Positions 1 to 13,415 of a stretch of DNA of 64,000 nt are shown here, piece by piece. Position numbers and translations under genes: made by a program. The notes beneath the pieces are model-generated. The model made no database searches. It saw only the letters and a program-made list of their open reading frames with translations, and was not told the origin of the DNA. Numbering within the stretch: position 1 is the stretch's first letter; each line of letters begins with the position of its first letter. The stretch is taken from the NCBI GenBank assembly GCA_964016885.1, contig OZ024743.1, positions 349,866,001-349,930,000 on the forward strand. The letters are read 5' to 3'. The DNA is from Eledone cirrhosa (taxonomy: Eukaryota).

Positions 1-44
1 TGTACTGGATTAATTGATCGCCTTGTGCCAAAAGTAGAAACAAT
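1..44 (+). mobile_element. 3' end of tRNA-derived SINE (truncated by window edge)
   Basis: CCTTGTGCCAAAAGTAGAAACAATTATT matches the 3' terminus of the SINE copies at 56020-56124 and (reverse complement) 6636-6822. Confidence 0.7.
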
Positions 45-780
45 TATTATGTGAGTGTACCTGTGTGTGTCTGTGTGAGTGTGCCCTTCTATCAGGTTAA
101 GTGTATTTATCTGTTCAAATTACATATCTAAACACCAAGAGAAAGAGGGATGCAGAGAATGAGAAGGAAAGGGAGAGAGACAGAGTCAGAAAGAAAGTTA
201 AACGAATGATACAGATGAAGGAGCAGCGTTATTACTGATTTCAAACGTGTTGAGGACTTATAATAAGCGGGTAGTGATGAATTATGTATATACGATATCT
301 GTATATATAATAGAAAATAGTAACCTAAGTAAACATGAAAGAACAGCCGAACTCCCACTGTCATCGCCTCCATTATTATTATTATTTTCTTAGTTTTTGC
401 ATTCTGCGGTTCAATCACACCATGGGCATCTTTGCTGATCATCCTTCGGAGATCCAAACAATATGCTATCATTTAAGTACTGGTGTCTATGTAATCGACA
501 ATATATATCTCTCTAAATATGGGCTGTTTCAGCTGCTTTTTTAAAGGTATGTAGAATTACATTAGGCAATAAGGCGTGCCCATTTTTATGTTTGATTTGG
601 AGAAGATTTAGTTTATTTCAGATCAGGTGACAATGCAGAGACCCCCTCTGTGCATTTGTTTATATATCTTCAACGTTTCCTATTCTGTTTATTATATATG
701 TGTAGATCGATGTTATTTTTATCTGTGAGTAGTTATATGGTATGTTTTCCTATACCTTTTCATATTTAATTTTAATTAAT

Positions 781-912
781 TGTTTCTACTTTTGGCACAA
801 AGCCAGCAAAATAACCAGTACATTACTGGTACTTTATTTTATCGTCCCCGTAAAGATGAAAAGCAAAGTTAACCTCGACGGGATTTGAACTCAGAACGTA
901 AAGGGAGGTAAC
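781..912 (-). mobile_element. 5'-truncated tRNA-derived SINE
   Basis: Same body as the 6636 and 13416 copies (B-box GAGTTCAAATCC on minus); flanked by TAATTAAT direct repeat (773-780 / 913-920). Confidence 0.85.
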
Positions 913-1632
913 TAATTAATATGAATTTCTTGGTTCTCTCTCCTATCTTTCTTGTCCGCACTGAGGGATACAAATATTGTTTGTTTTCATTAGTAATTTT
1001 TGTAATTTTAATTAATTATAATTTCATAACATAATGCAACGTCCATTAATATTTTAAGCAGTCTCTTGTTATATGTGTACGCATGTTTGCCATTTCCATG
1101 TGGACGTCTTTACGTGTGTATTCGTGTTTGAGACTGTATAAGGATATTTTTATCTCTTTTGTTCCCTTGTGACTGTGGCATAAATCGGCTATATAAACGT
1201 TCTTTCAAGACCTATTTTGTCCTTTGTGTGATTTTGAACAACACTATGTGTATGTATGTCTATTTCTGAGTGTGTTTATGTGTCTTAAGTTTGCGCGTGT
1301 ATGTGCCGTGGGGTGCCTACATATATGTCATTTACAAGCATATTTCATTTCTCCAAGATTCCCTATAAATGAATAAAAGTATATGATTATACATATACAG
1401 GATTGTTATTAAATGAGTTTGTGTGTATTTGTGTGTATTTGTATGAGTGCCTGTCTGTGCGCGCGAGCGTGTGCTTCTGTGCGTGTAATCAAAAATTCGA
1501 TAACGGTAACAAAACATACACTAACACCAGACTCTCAGCATCACACACAACTCCTTCAGTCTCTTAAAAGAAAAAAAAAACAGCAAAGAAGACGTTTTTG
1601 TTCACTACGCCTCTCACGAACTGCAATGAGAA

Positions 1633-1659
1633 ATGTCGGCTAGTTTCTATGGTAACCAG
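1633..1659 (+). CDS. Candidate 27-nt first coding exon MSASFYGNQ (resembles the N-terminus of Flattop/CFAP126, MATNYSANQ); could equally be a uORF or non-coding first exon
   Basis: ATG TCG GCT AGT TTC TAT GGT AAC CAG followed by GTAATT donor (phase 0); overlaps an X-box as expected for a ciliary gene. No matching downstream exon found in the window. Confidence 0.3.
1643..1656 (+). promoter_or_regulatory. RFX X-box motif
   Basis: GTTTCTATGGTAAC fits the X-box consensus GTHNYY-AT-RRNAAC, in unique sequence just upstream of a splice donor; an ACTACGCCTCTCA (ZNF143/Staf-like) motif lies at 1604. Confidence 0.6.
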
Positions 1660-2502
1660 GTAATTAAGTAAACTGTTTATTAAATTAGGAACATGCCCGT
1701 TTGATCAGCCATTAGTTGATTGTCAGCCATAGCAAGGAATTCTGTTTATTATTTTTATATAGTTTGTTGATGTATGCAATCCAAACCGCCCCCATACAAT
1801 TCCACACACAGATACATATAGACATTGAGACTCACTCATCAACACATCAGTATCTAACACTGTTCACACATCCTCATATTTATACAGACATATATGTACA
1901 ATAAATACGACTGACACACACACACACACACGTAACTATATCAATACATAAACCTCGTTTCAATGGTAGTTCCAGCAATTTCATTTCCTGCAATAATAAC
2001 GAATATATGTTATTTTTAAGTAAGTGGAAAGACTGGATGGTCTAAGTAGGTGATGGTTGTATTTTGATATCAATAGCTTAAGGAATCAAAGAGGACCCTG
2101 TAAAAAAGAGGACCAGGAGACAGTCAGCCAGAAAGCATCTTATATCTCCTATAAATAGCAAAGAAATCTTCCTCGAATTATAATTTATCATTTTTGAGGT
2201 AGGAGCGACACATTAGGTAATTTAATAATAGGTGCCCAAACTCCAATGAAGGGGTAGTATAGCTATGTCTACTATAGCTTTGATCACAGGTTTGGTTGAT
2301 TAAGACTTGATAGTTAAATTACGATAAGCCAACATGTTCGCTGTTTCCTCGGAGTTTACTGTCTTATTTATGACGGTGAAACGATTTAATTACATTGTCT
2401 ACCCTTTTAGTCTATAAGGGCGGATTCGAGAACACATTTTCAAGCGCGGTCGTGCGACCTCGTAAACCACCTCTTGTTAGCACTTATATTTTCTCTCTCT
2501 CT

Positions 2503-2561
<59 letters not shown>

Positions 2562-2617
2562 CACATGCGCGCGCACACACACACACATACATACACACAC
2601 ATATATATATATATATA

Positions 2618-5600
2618 TCTTATCTTATATATAAAGTGAAGTTGGGCGTTGTTTGTTTGTTTGGTGTCCCGAACTTGCAGGCTACACCGTTCATCCGGTT
2701 TTCATGACATTTGACACATATATAAAACTCGACCCGTAGATTGGAATAGGCTACTTGAAATTTTTGAAAAATCGATAATCGGGCCCCCGGAATCCAATAA
2801 TCGATATTTTCAAACATCGTCCGATTTCGATGACACTCGACGCAAGTGTATATTTTGATCCGGGGATGAACGTGGGGTACTTGAAATTTTCAAAATATTT
2901 TCAAAAAATCGATAATCGGACCCCCAGAAGCAAAAATCCGGCAATCAAAAAATGCCAATCTTCTTGCTTCCATTTGTCACGACTCCCGCCATGCAAAAAA
3001 CGTTCAATCTATCAGAATTATCTACCGTCTCTTTAAATTAACGCTCACCATATTCAGCAAACCTTTTATGCCGATTCTTCCATTTCTTATATGAGGACTA
3101 TCAAGACTATACCGACTATATCATCCTGTATTGCGTCCAGTCTTCTCAAGCGATCATCGAGCCTCCATGCGCTCTCTTCATTCCCGTGGTCCCACTACTG
3201 TAGCATAATGAGGCATCCGTCAACCCCTCCCCCCTCCCTTCCCTGCACGCCGTCGACCCACTGCATCGTTGTGCATCACCATGCGCATCTCTGCCTTGTC
3301 AGCTGCAAATCATTCCCCGGCCCTTTCCATTGTCTGCCTTCCGTGGTCCCTAAGGACTGCCACGGCTCACCATGCCGAATCCCTGCCACCGTCCACGCCT
3401 GCCCATTTCCATTGCCTACACGCTGGGAGAGCTCAAGACTTCCATGCCTGACCAAGCCACATCCCTGCTGCATTACTGCCCTGTCGGCCACCATCCCCTC
3501 CTCAGCCCTTTTTTTTGCCTGCCCGCCGTGCTCCTTCAAGACTGCCATGCCTAACCAAGCCGCATCCCTGCCACCATCAAGTCCTGCCCTCTCCCTTCTC
3601 TGCACGCCATCGTCCCACTGCATCGTCATGTCTCACCATACCGCATACATGCTGTGTCAGCCGCCATGCCCTCCCCTGCCATCTCCCTTACCCGCACGCC
3701 TTGGTCCTTCACGAGTGCCATGGCTCACCATGCGGAATCCCTGCAACCGTCCACCCCTGCCTTCTTCCTTGCCTGCTGGCCGTCGTCCCACTGCATCGTC
3801 ATGCCTCAGGATGCCGCATCCATGCACTGTCAGCCACCATCCCCTCCTCGGTCCTTTCTTTTGCCTGACCGCCGTGCTCCTTCAAGACTCCCATGGCTAT
3901 CTATGCTGCATCAATTCCTTGCCACCCACTTAAACGTCATCAGCATGGCTTATTGTTGCCCCATTTGATGACCGATTTTTGCAGGCTAAACACAATACCA
4001 ACGTGCACGATAGTCCATCGTAAATCTTTTTAATTACATGTTCATCAAAGGATGAATAGCAACTCTTTCATTTCTCCTGACATGCCTTTCTGTCAATTGT
4101 GGCCTAGAAGCATCCTGTGTAGCATCGCGTCTTCTCAAGCTATCAGCATGCCTTCCACTGTCCTCACAATTGACTCACAACACCGCATCTATTGCCTGCG
4201 ACGCCCCTAAACATCATCAGCATGGCTTATTTTCCTGCCGCGTTTAACCGGCCCTCATTCTAGGCCATAAACAACAAAACCGCACGATGATGCTGCATAA
4301 GTCTATTTAAATTAATGGTCAACATGTTCAGCAAAACAATTGTACCAAATTCTACCTCTTCACATCCAAGGCCTATCCATTACATCTTAGAGGTCAGGAT
4401 TCGCAATTTCTACGATTTCAATATTGACACAACAGTCCGTCGGGTTTTTCGGCACATGTTGCTCCGATAGGAATATCAACGTGATTTTCACTTAATTCGT
4501 AAGTGTTCAGTCTTCCGTATGCTTTTATTTTTTATTGATACAACACCGACTACAATCATCTAACTTCACTTCGTAGGCTAGACGCGAATTACAAGGAAAA
4601 CAATCCTCTGATATACAACCCCACCAAATTCTTTTGGTCTACCTAGATTTCAATGGCTATATCCTTTGCTTTTGTACGGTTGTACATTTGACAATGTCGC
4701 AAAACATTATTCCACTTGATTCTTACCTTTCAGCTATGAATTGGGCAGTGCCTTAAAATCCCGGTTTATTTGCGTGCAATCTTTTGGTATCTTATGAATG
4801 GAGAACCAAAAACCCTTTTTCTCATAACCTGATACATGCGTTACACATGCTCCATGGATGTTTGTGGACTATTTTTTCAAAATACCAATATCACAGATTG
4901 GAGCACAAAAAGAAACGTTTGTTCTTCATTTATTTCGGGTGAAGCATCCTACTGGAATTTAGCGCAGACCCGTTTAAATCCAGTGCCTTATAACCCCGAG
5001 TGTAACCGGGTACACCAGCTAGAAAGACAAATGGAAACATTGTTTCCTTTGTCCGATTTGACGAAAGTCGATTTAGTTCCACAACAAATTAACAAACCAT
5101 ACTTGAAGACACATTGAGGCTGTTGCAAAGGGCAATAACCCTAGACACAATTTTGATCAACATTTGTTCACCTATAGCAAATTTAACTGGACAGGTTTTT
5201 AGCTACTCAAATCTACTTCAGATGTCACGTATTCGTGTAAAAAATCAATGAAACTGAAGCGGGGGTTAGACTTTGCGCAAAAAACAAGGCAAAGTTGCAC
5301 ATGGGAAAACTTTTTACAGCAACGTCCGATTTTCTTGAAAACTGTCGCAAAACACTCGCCATTATGCCGTGGTTCAGATAAAGTCCCTTGTATTTCTTCT
5401 CCTACATATGTGAGCGCGAAAATTGTAAAAAAAAAGGAAAAACTGTGAAAAAATCGACTTTTTCACCCTGCTTTAAAAATCAACTGAAAATTCAATTTCA
5501 AGTGAATTTGACTTCCGTCAGTCGTGCAAAGAACAATTTCAACGGTACACTGTGAACCTGCAATTGATCCATTATTTATTCTCAATTACACACCTGCGTC

Positions 5601-5731
5601 TACTAACCTCTGTTTTTTTCCATGAGGTTCGAAGGTTTTTGCACCTGTGATGCGCGGGAAGTAACTTTCACACATTTTAACAAAAGAGCAAATGTCGACT
5701 TACACCCGGGCAACGCCGGGTACTTCTGATA

Positions 5732-5732
<1 letters not shown>
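2618..5732 (+). mobile_element. Non-autonomous Helitron
   Basis: 5' TCTTATCTTATATATAAA; 3' hairpin ACCCGG-GCAACG-CCGGGT (5704-5721) followed by ACTTCTGATAG (one change from CTAG); inserted between A2617 and T5733 in a (TA)n tract, no TSD; no Rep/Hel ORF. Confidence 0.8.
3020..4380. repeat. Degenerate C-rich internal tandem repeats within the Helitron
   Basis: Recurrent CCCACTGCATCGT, CCGTGCTCCTTCAAGACT, GGCTCACCATGC.GAATCCCTGC and TAAAC.TCATCAGCATGGCTTATT (3931, 4208); explains the overlapping Pro/Cys/His-rich ORFs. Confidence 0.8.
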
Positions 5733-5821
<89 letters not shown>

Positions 5822-6336
5822 TATATATAATAAATTATAAAATTATCGAAGATCGCTGGTATTAAGTCAGCGATTTCCAGCCAACGTCAAGCTCATTCAA
5901 TGAATCTTCCGAATTTCAGTAGTGCAGTTGCAATCAGCTGTTCAGAGTGCACACATTTAGTTAATAGCAGATATGGTGGCCGTGTTTGTGTAGAGAGAAA
6001 GGTAACCATGACTCACCAATGTGTAAAAATTATACACATTTATAATATGTAGGCAGGTAAACAAGCCAGGAAATATGAATTTCCTTCTAATTGAAGAACC
6101 TTTTCAAGAATTGAAAAATTATTCCCATTTCCAGGGAAATTTATATATTTTGGTATGTTTACTTGCCTACGTATTAAACATGTATATATACAAATACACG
6201 TTAGTGAAGTCTCCGTTATATCTAAGTATGATATATAGATATAACTTTGCCGAACATTTCGGCGCGCACGTTTTAATATATATATATATATTATTCAAAA
6301 TATTAATAAATGAAAAATATTCTCATAATCAAAATA

Positions 6337-6393
6337 TATATTTTATTATACATATGTCAAAGGTACAATGGTGTTTTCATCAGATAAAATATA
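6337..6393 (-). ncRNA. Decayed type I hammerhead ribozyme (same family as 57306-57368)
   Basis: Minus strand TATATTTTAT-CTGATGA-AAACACCATTGTACCTTT-GACA-TATGTA-TA-ATAAAATATA: perfect 10-bp stem I, GAAA mutated to GACA, stem II decayed. Confidence 0.6.
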
Positions 6394-6535
6394 AGATTTG
6401 ATATGCGACATACCGCTACGGTTTTGATTATTCAATTCCAATAGTGCAGTGATTTATTTCACCAACCCTCAACGTTTTTATATTAATCTTTCGTTTTATA
6501 TATATATATATATATGTATAAATATAAATAATTAA

Positions 6536-6572
<37 letters not shown>

Positions 6573-6635
6573 AAATTTTCGCTCTACATGGCTGAATACA
6601 ATAAATAAAATCTAAGTTTTTCGAATATTAATAAT

Positions 6636-6822
6636 TGTTTCTACTTTTGGCACAAGGCCAGCAATTATCCCAGTACATTACTGGTACTTTATTTTATCGA
6701 CCCCGTAAGGACGAAAGGCAAAGTTAACCTCGGCGGAATTTGAACTCGGAATAGCAAGGGCCGTAACTCTATGCGTCAAAGCATAGCGTCCGACTCTCTA
6801 CCGTTACTGCCAATCCACCACC
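6636..6822 (-). mobile_element. Full-length tRNA-derived SINE with 19-bp TSD
   Basis: A-box TGGCAGTAACGG and B-box GAGTTCAAATTCC on minus; TSD TTTTTCGAATATTAATAAT at 6617-6635 and 6823-6841. Confidence 0.9.
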
Positions 6823-6886
6823 TTTTTCGAATATTAATAATAACATTCGATTCGTTTGCAATTATGCAAACAAGCAAAACTCAGAT

Positions 6887-7033
<147 letters not shown>

Positions 7034-7135
7034 TCTCTACTATACATAGAGCATCTATTTTCCTTTTCCTTTTTTATGGAAATACATAAATCACAACATC
7101 GCCCGTCTCCTCAATCTATTTTATTTCTCATTCTT

Positions 7136-7171
7136 TCTTCTGATGAAGGACTAGCGTCCGAAACGTTAAGA
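7136..7171 (+). ncRNA. Minimal type I hammerhead ribozyme motif, Penelope-like terminal repeat
   Basis: TCTT-CTGATGA-A-GGAC-TAGC-GTCC-GAAA-CG-TT-AAGA: stem I TCTT/AAGA, stem II GGAC/GTCC, loopless palindromic stem III (ACGT), GUU site. Confidence 0.75.
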
Positions 7172-7717
7172 CCATCTTGCTGCTATATCAATATATATAT
7201 ATTACTAAAATAAATAAAGATGTGTTTGAGAAAATTATAAACACGCACCATATCGCCTGTAAAGGAACCTTAAAGAAAAATTCAAATTTTGATTCCTTAT
7301 TAATGTTCATGTTTGATATCTTTTTAGATATATGTAATTTTGTTTTTGAATTTATATAAATATATAAAGCAAATGGGAATATATGTATGTATTTGATTTA
7401 GCTTGGTTGAAGTCTATCTCTTCGGAGTGTAGCCTTATACTTTAATTGACATGTAAGGGAACCTATATTTAAGGGAACAGGGATGGGACCATGAAAAAAT
7501 CAGGCAGGGTTTGAAGAATAGTGTGCAGGGGATAATTTCAATATACAATATATCCGGAAAAATATAATATGCAAGATTTCCGGAAAAATGTTGGCATAAA
7601 TACACGCATATCCCAGAATTGCTCTCTCTCCCTCTCTCTTTATCTCTCTCACTCTCTCTCTCTATCTCTCCATCCCCCTCTCTCTCTCTCCACCCCCTCC
7701 CTCTCTCTCACTCACAC

Positions 7718-8090
7718 GCAAGCGGCTGAAATGGGGTTACTCCGAAGGGTCTTTCGAGTAACGTTACTCAATAGAGTGCGTAGTTCGAAGATCAGAATGT
7801 CACTCTATGTAAAGCTGCTACTTCGAATTGAGAGATCACAGCTCCGATATTATGTGCATGCGGTTAGAATATCCCAGGAAGAATCGCTGGATAGCTTTTA
7901 CAGGCAAAACCAACCACCAGGAGACCCAGGGTTAGACCCTGAGCAAGGTGGTTGGATAATATCAGGCACTCGGCTGATCACGTTGTGTGTTCCACCCGGA
8001 TCAGGTGGTTAAAGTTGTTATTGACAATACCAGTTTGAAGGCGAGTTGGAGGACTCTGCCCCTATGACCATCTTAGAAATATGTGGGGGA
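7718..8090 (+). mobile_element. Decayed RTE-clade LINE 3' fragment
   Basis: QAAEMGLLRRVFRVTLLNRVRSSKIR...RIERSQLRYY, then a frameshifted RPRVRP..RWLD-like segment, typical of the RTE C-terminal region. Confidence 0.75.
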
Positions 8091-8098
8091 CGAAGAAG

Positions 8099-8139
<41 letters not shown>

Positions 8140-8141
<2 letters not shown>

Positions 8142-8277
8142 ATTTAATATAGAAATAGCTTCTACAGGACTAGAACTGTTTCATTCGATAGAAATCATCA
8201 GGAAAAAGGCTTTTCCGGATGATTTTCTCCCAGTGAAACCGTTTTAGTCCTATAGAAGCCATTTCCATATTAAATAT
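8140..8277. repeat. Imperfect 138-bp palindrome with hammerhead-core remnants on each arm
   Basis: ATATTTAATATAGAAATAGCTTCTACAGGACTAGAACTGTTTCA is the near reverse complement of TGAAACCGTTTTAGTCCTATAGAAGCCATTTCCATATTAAATAT; minus strand reads CTGATGA-T-TTC-TATC-GAA-T-GAAAC. Confidence 0.8.
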
Positions 8278-8340
8278 TGTTTATACTCTACTATGTATTG
8301 AGTACCTCACTTACTGTGGTTACCCCTGTCTGAACCAGGG

Positions 8341-8466
<126 letters not shown>

Positions 8467-9923
8467 TTGTGTGTGTTTATATATATATATATAAGCAAAC
8501 TTACTAGTAGCTGTGAAGTGTTAAAAATGCAACATATCAAGTGATCAAGAGACGGTATAAATAAACAAATTCAATGGAATATACATATAACATTGGTCTT
8601 TAGTCACCCGTTCTGGGTTGAGTTCTAGCCGAGACTAGTGATTGCTGGAAAAATAAGAGAAAGACGAGAAGACAGTAACCAGGCAAAATATGCTGGGGCC
8701 TGCTTAGAAACCAAGAAACAATGCAGGCGACAAGACGACAAAAACTACGAGAAGGAATATAAATAAAAACACATACCTTGGGACTGAAACATAAAATAAA
8801 ATTATAGCTGCCTGATTGATAAATCGAAGTAGACGTGGTCAATAAAACTGTCAGCACAAAAACAGGGAAAACGCTGTAGGTAGGAAACTGGCCTTTATGG
8901 CCGACAAGAAGTATGTGTTACCATTAGGGCAGACACGCCTGAAAAACTGGACGAAGAGAAATAGGAGAAAAAAATGGGAGAGAATAAGTTAAAGTGAAAG
9001 TGTAGTGTATAGACAGTATAAAAGGCGAGATACTGAACATTCGTATGATAATTGCTTTTCCATTTGAATTAAACTTATTGAATTCATCCTTGTATTAGAT
9101 TTCGTGACTGTCTTTATTGTTATTATTGTTTTGTTAATTTATTTATTATTATTTTGTTTCTCACAATGTTATTGTTGATCTTGTAAATGTCCGCATTTTC
9201 TATATTGTAGTAATTTATTTTCTTATTTCTGACGATCGTAATATTATACGCGGCTGTTGCTGCTGTGCCTTTCCATTGTTGTTTTTAATCATGGTGTCTT
9301 TCCTTTTATTTATGTTGTTCTAGTTGTTTTTATTGATCTAGTATTTTGCTTTTTGTCTTTTTGTCATAGTGTTTTGGTGGTTGACGCTAATTCTGTTCTA
9401 CTTCTTTTTTTTTTGTTGTTGTTGTTGTTGATGCCGTTGATGTAGTAGCAATAGTAGTTGATGTTGTTGGCTTTAGTCTTTCATAATTTAAAGTGTATAA
9501 AAATAAACTAGCCGAATCACTTCATGAAGTCACCATGCATGTAGAAGGTGTTCAATAATATATGATTCCAAAAGACTTGCAAGCAGTCCACTAAATGTCC
9601 AGTCAATGAATAGTTAATGCTTCTTCACATAAAACTCTGATTTAACTGAATTGATGAGACGCTCTATTTTAACAATTCTATTTTAAAAAATGTAATGTTT
9701 TATTCAAAGCTTTGACGTTTCTCTTTTTTCAGACCTCTTCTTTCACACCCTTTTCTCACACGTTGTATCATACTCATGCCTTCACCATTAGAGTTAACGG
9801 TAGACTCATAATTATTAAATTATATAAAGTCATTCAATAAGAGATAAATCTCCTGACTAGCCGATACAGTGGCGTAATTTCAATTTCTGGTTCTAGCCAA
9901 TTTATATGGTTGCAATAAAAATG

Positions 9924-11901
9924 ACCATGGAAGCTGCAGGGGAAGAAATCCTGGGCTACAGGAAGTCCCTCAGAGACGCTTGGGTCAGCGACAACACCTG
10001 GCAGCTGATTAATGAAAGTAAAGCCCTACACCAGCAGAGGCATGCTACTACCCCAGAGGCCATCAACGTATATCAGCAGTATGTTGAGAAGGACAAAAGG
10101 ACAAACGAATATATCTTGAGAGTAAGGCAGAGGAGGCAGAAGCAGCTGCGGCACGCAATGACATGCGCTCTGTGCACCAAATTGCCAAGAAAATCACCGG
10201 CAGCTCTAGAGCTAACCCAGGCCCGGTGAAAGCGAAAGATGGTACGCTGCTTTCAAAGGGTGAAGAAAAGTTAGTCAGATGGACTGAACATTTCAAGGAA
10301 GTCCTCAACCGACCGGAGCCACGTATGCCAGCAGACACTAGGGAACGTATTAGTTTGTTACCTATCAATACTGATGACTTCACTGAGAAGGAAGTCCGCA
10401 TGGCCATCAAAACCCTTAAGATAACAAGTCACCAGGTATGGATGGCATTTCTGCTGAAATGCTGAATTCAGGAGGCGAAAGCATGGTCAAGTGGATGGGC
10501 CACTTATGTAATCTTGTGTGGAACACGGGTGAAGTGCCAGAAGAATGGAGAAACGGAGCGGTTGTCTGTATCCCCAAGAAGGGCAACCTTGCCGATTGTG
10601 AAAACTGGAGGGGAGTGACACTTCTCTCCATACCAGGGAAGGTCTATTGTCTAGTGATCCTGAACAGCATGCATGGCATGGTACACCGGGAGCTGCGAGA
10701 ACAACAGGCAGGGTTCCGACCAAAACGTTCCTGTGCAGAGCAGATCTTTACGCTACGCCGCATCATTAAGAGGTACAACGAATTCCAGAGGCCCCTCGCC
10801 ATCAGCTTCATCGATTTCTCCAAAGCATTCGATAGCATTCATCGACCCTCGCTCTGGAGCATCATGCATGAGTATTTTCTGCACCCAGAAAGTCATTTCG
10901 GCAATCAAACAGATTTACGCAAACTCCAAGTGCTGCATACGGACAGAGGATGGTTACAGTGACTGGTTTGAGGTGGTTACTGGCGTGCGTCAAGGTTGCT
11001 CGCTATCTCCAATTCTCTTTGCCATAGCCATTGACTGGGTACTAAGAAGAGCGTCTAAAGACCAGGGTATATTTTGGGTGGGAGAGCAAAATTTGTCTGA
11101 CCTGGACTTTGCGGACGATATTGCTGCACTTGCAGAGAGAACAGCTGACCTGTAAATCATTGTGAACAATATCAATGTCGAAGCAGGAAGCTTAGGTCTC
11201 AATATCAGTGCCAAGAAGACCAAAAGCATGTTATCTGGGACACATCCACCACCAACCAGTGTCTTCATTGAAGAGGGGGAGGTGGAGATAGTGGACAACT
11301 TCACCTACCTAGGAAGCTCCATTAACAATGAGGGCACCATGGACAGTGAACTGCAATGTAGAATGGGAAAGGCTTCAGCAGCATTTAACCAGTTTGACAA
11401 GATCTGGAAGAGCAGGAAGTTCACCCTCAAAACAAAGATGAGATTCTACAACAGCAACGTGCGGTCCACACTCTTATACGGAAGTGAAATATGGCACCTT
11501 AAGACCAACCAAGAGAAGAAGTTGGACGCATTCGATTCCAGATGTCTGCGAAAGATCCTGGGGATTAAATGGACTGACCATGTAACAAACCAGGAAATCA
11601 GGAACCACACCGACCAGCAGCTAGTCTCTTCTACCATCTGGACGCCACGCTTGGGCTGGTTTGGACACGCTTTGAGACTTCCCCCGGAAAGACTGGCGAA
11701 CCAAGTACTTAAATGGAGCCCGCAGGGAAGCAGACGGAGAGGGCGACCCAAAATGAACTGGCGCCAGACAGTTGAGAGGGACCTCCGAGCGACAAACAGA
11801 CAAAGGCGGGACGCTGTGCAACTGGCTGCTGACCGAACGCGATGGAACACTATGATTGCCTCATGCGTCGCAAGACGCGGGAGCTTCTGAGTTTGAGTCT
11901 G
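9924..11901 (+). mobile_element. 5'-truncated RTE-clade LINE with 10-bp TSD
   Basis: TSD AATAAAAATG at 9914-9923 and 11902-11911; very short 3' tail of (TGAGTY) repeats right after the stop codon; RT coding sequence inside. Confidence 0.93.
10163..11890 (+). pseudogene. Non-LTR reverse transcriptase (RTE), frameshifted with an in-frame stop
   Basis: Motifs NWRGVTLLSIPGK, QQAGFRP, FIDFSKAFDSI, GVRQGCSLSPILF, DLDFADD, FTYLGS, LLYGSEIW, RGRPKMNW spread over four ORFs; TAA at 11153. Confidence 0.95.
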
Positions 11902-13415
11902 AATAAAAATGCATTTCAGAAAGGCATGGGCATCACATGCTCATATTACTTACATTAGAGTGTAAGACATGGGCAAAAGTGAAACAGATGAATGAACCTC
12001 TGTCGGCTTCAACAAGATATATTCCACTTGTTTGTTCAACGGAACGCCCCAGTTAAATTAGCATATTTGTTACTGAGTATGAAAAAGACAGTTTGTGACA
12101 AGATTGACTCTTTGAATAAAAAATACAGTTCATCTGACAGGCTTCCAAACAGTTTCCGCCTATTTAATTTCACTCACAATGTTTGTGTCGAACTGAAGCC
12201 ATGCTAAAAGCAGTAATATATCAAAATAAATTCATACTTTTTTCATATTTTCTTCTTTCATAGCTGAAATTCTGAATGGCTAACCGATTCTTCTTTGGAT
12301 TTGAACAACACAAGATAAAAAATATTTAAGAAGCTGTTATTGCCAGTTACTGGGACTAAAGAACAACCATAACAACAACCTCGGGTCGTAAATATTATGT
12401 GTCACTTGGCTCATGTGTGCCTTTAGCAGATTCCACTTTGTTGCAAGCATCAAGGTTATGCCTCCGGTACAAAGATACGTGTCTCCCTCTTCACACTTGT
12501 CTCCGCGTCAATGAAAATAGTCATGGACTCTACCCTTCTCTCTCTGATTAATCAGAAAGAATAGAACGACTTACAACAGTAATTAGTTACGTCAATTTAT
12601 GTTTTAAGTTCCCATCTTGGTTAGTTCTGCCTGCCATATTTCCTGGATCGATAAATATGTTTCTACTATTGAGATAAATTTAATTGGCTGTTGCCTTTCC
12701 AGAAAAGTGTGGCCTTTTGTCTATAAGAGCAATCTTTTTCTATAATTTTACAACTATACCAAGAATTGTCCTTTATTATATGGTATTGCTCTCTCAATGA
12801 CGTTCTCACAATTCTTTTAATCCAACACCTGAACTGGTACCTTATTTGTCGGTGCAGGACGGTGGGAAAAGCAATGTTTAACTCGGCCTGTGAGCACAAT
12901 AGGTCGACGAATAACACATGGCACATAAACCGATGAGCTAATTATACAATTCCTCTCCTTTGATTCAATTCGTATGCCTCTCTATTGAATGCACACAGAT
13001 CTAAAAAACCAAGGACAGTCTAGCTGAAATAATTACTTTATTCTTCTACAATTTAAAACTGAAAGATCAGGTGAACTAACAGGTCTGAAACCAAACATCG
13101 AGATGCTTCTAGCCAATCGGGCATTCAACATTATCGATCCATTGATACGATAGATTCCACACATACTACTACTGCTGCTATTTTGAAAAGCACATGTATT
13201 GGATCTGTGGTTAAAACTTTTTCCGCAGACATGGTTGACTTATTACACAGCATATGAAATTAATCATAACTACAGCCCCACAACTGTTTAGAAATTTTAG
13301 ATCAAGCGCCCTTGATTTCATACCACTCCAATAATGCTTTCCAACCAATACTAAGCTCTGATCAATACGCCACTAACTTGACCATACTCATATTGAAGCA
13401 TATAAAACTAATAAC

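Noticed and set aside
205-260. CAGATGA...CAAACGTG hammerhead-like remnant
   Set aside because: Two core substitutions and no stem I pairing; indistinguishable from chance.
2410-2478. Second exon for the 1633-1659 candidate (CCCTTTTAG acceptor, FENTFSS)
   Set aside because: Phase is incompatible with the phase-0 donor and there is no strong donor; similarity to Flattop YEKAFSS is too short.
3091-3968. 280-aa Pro/Cys/His-rich ORF
   Set aside because: All three frames are open over a C-rich degenerate tandem repeat inside the Helitron; a compositional artefact.
9520-9810. Histone H3-like MIPKDLQ stretch and short minus-strand reading frames
   Set aside because: Only a few matching residues, bounded by stops, with no coherent exon structure.
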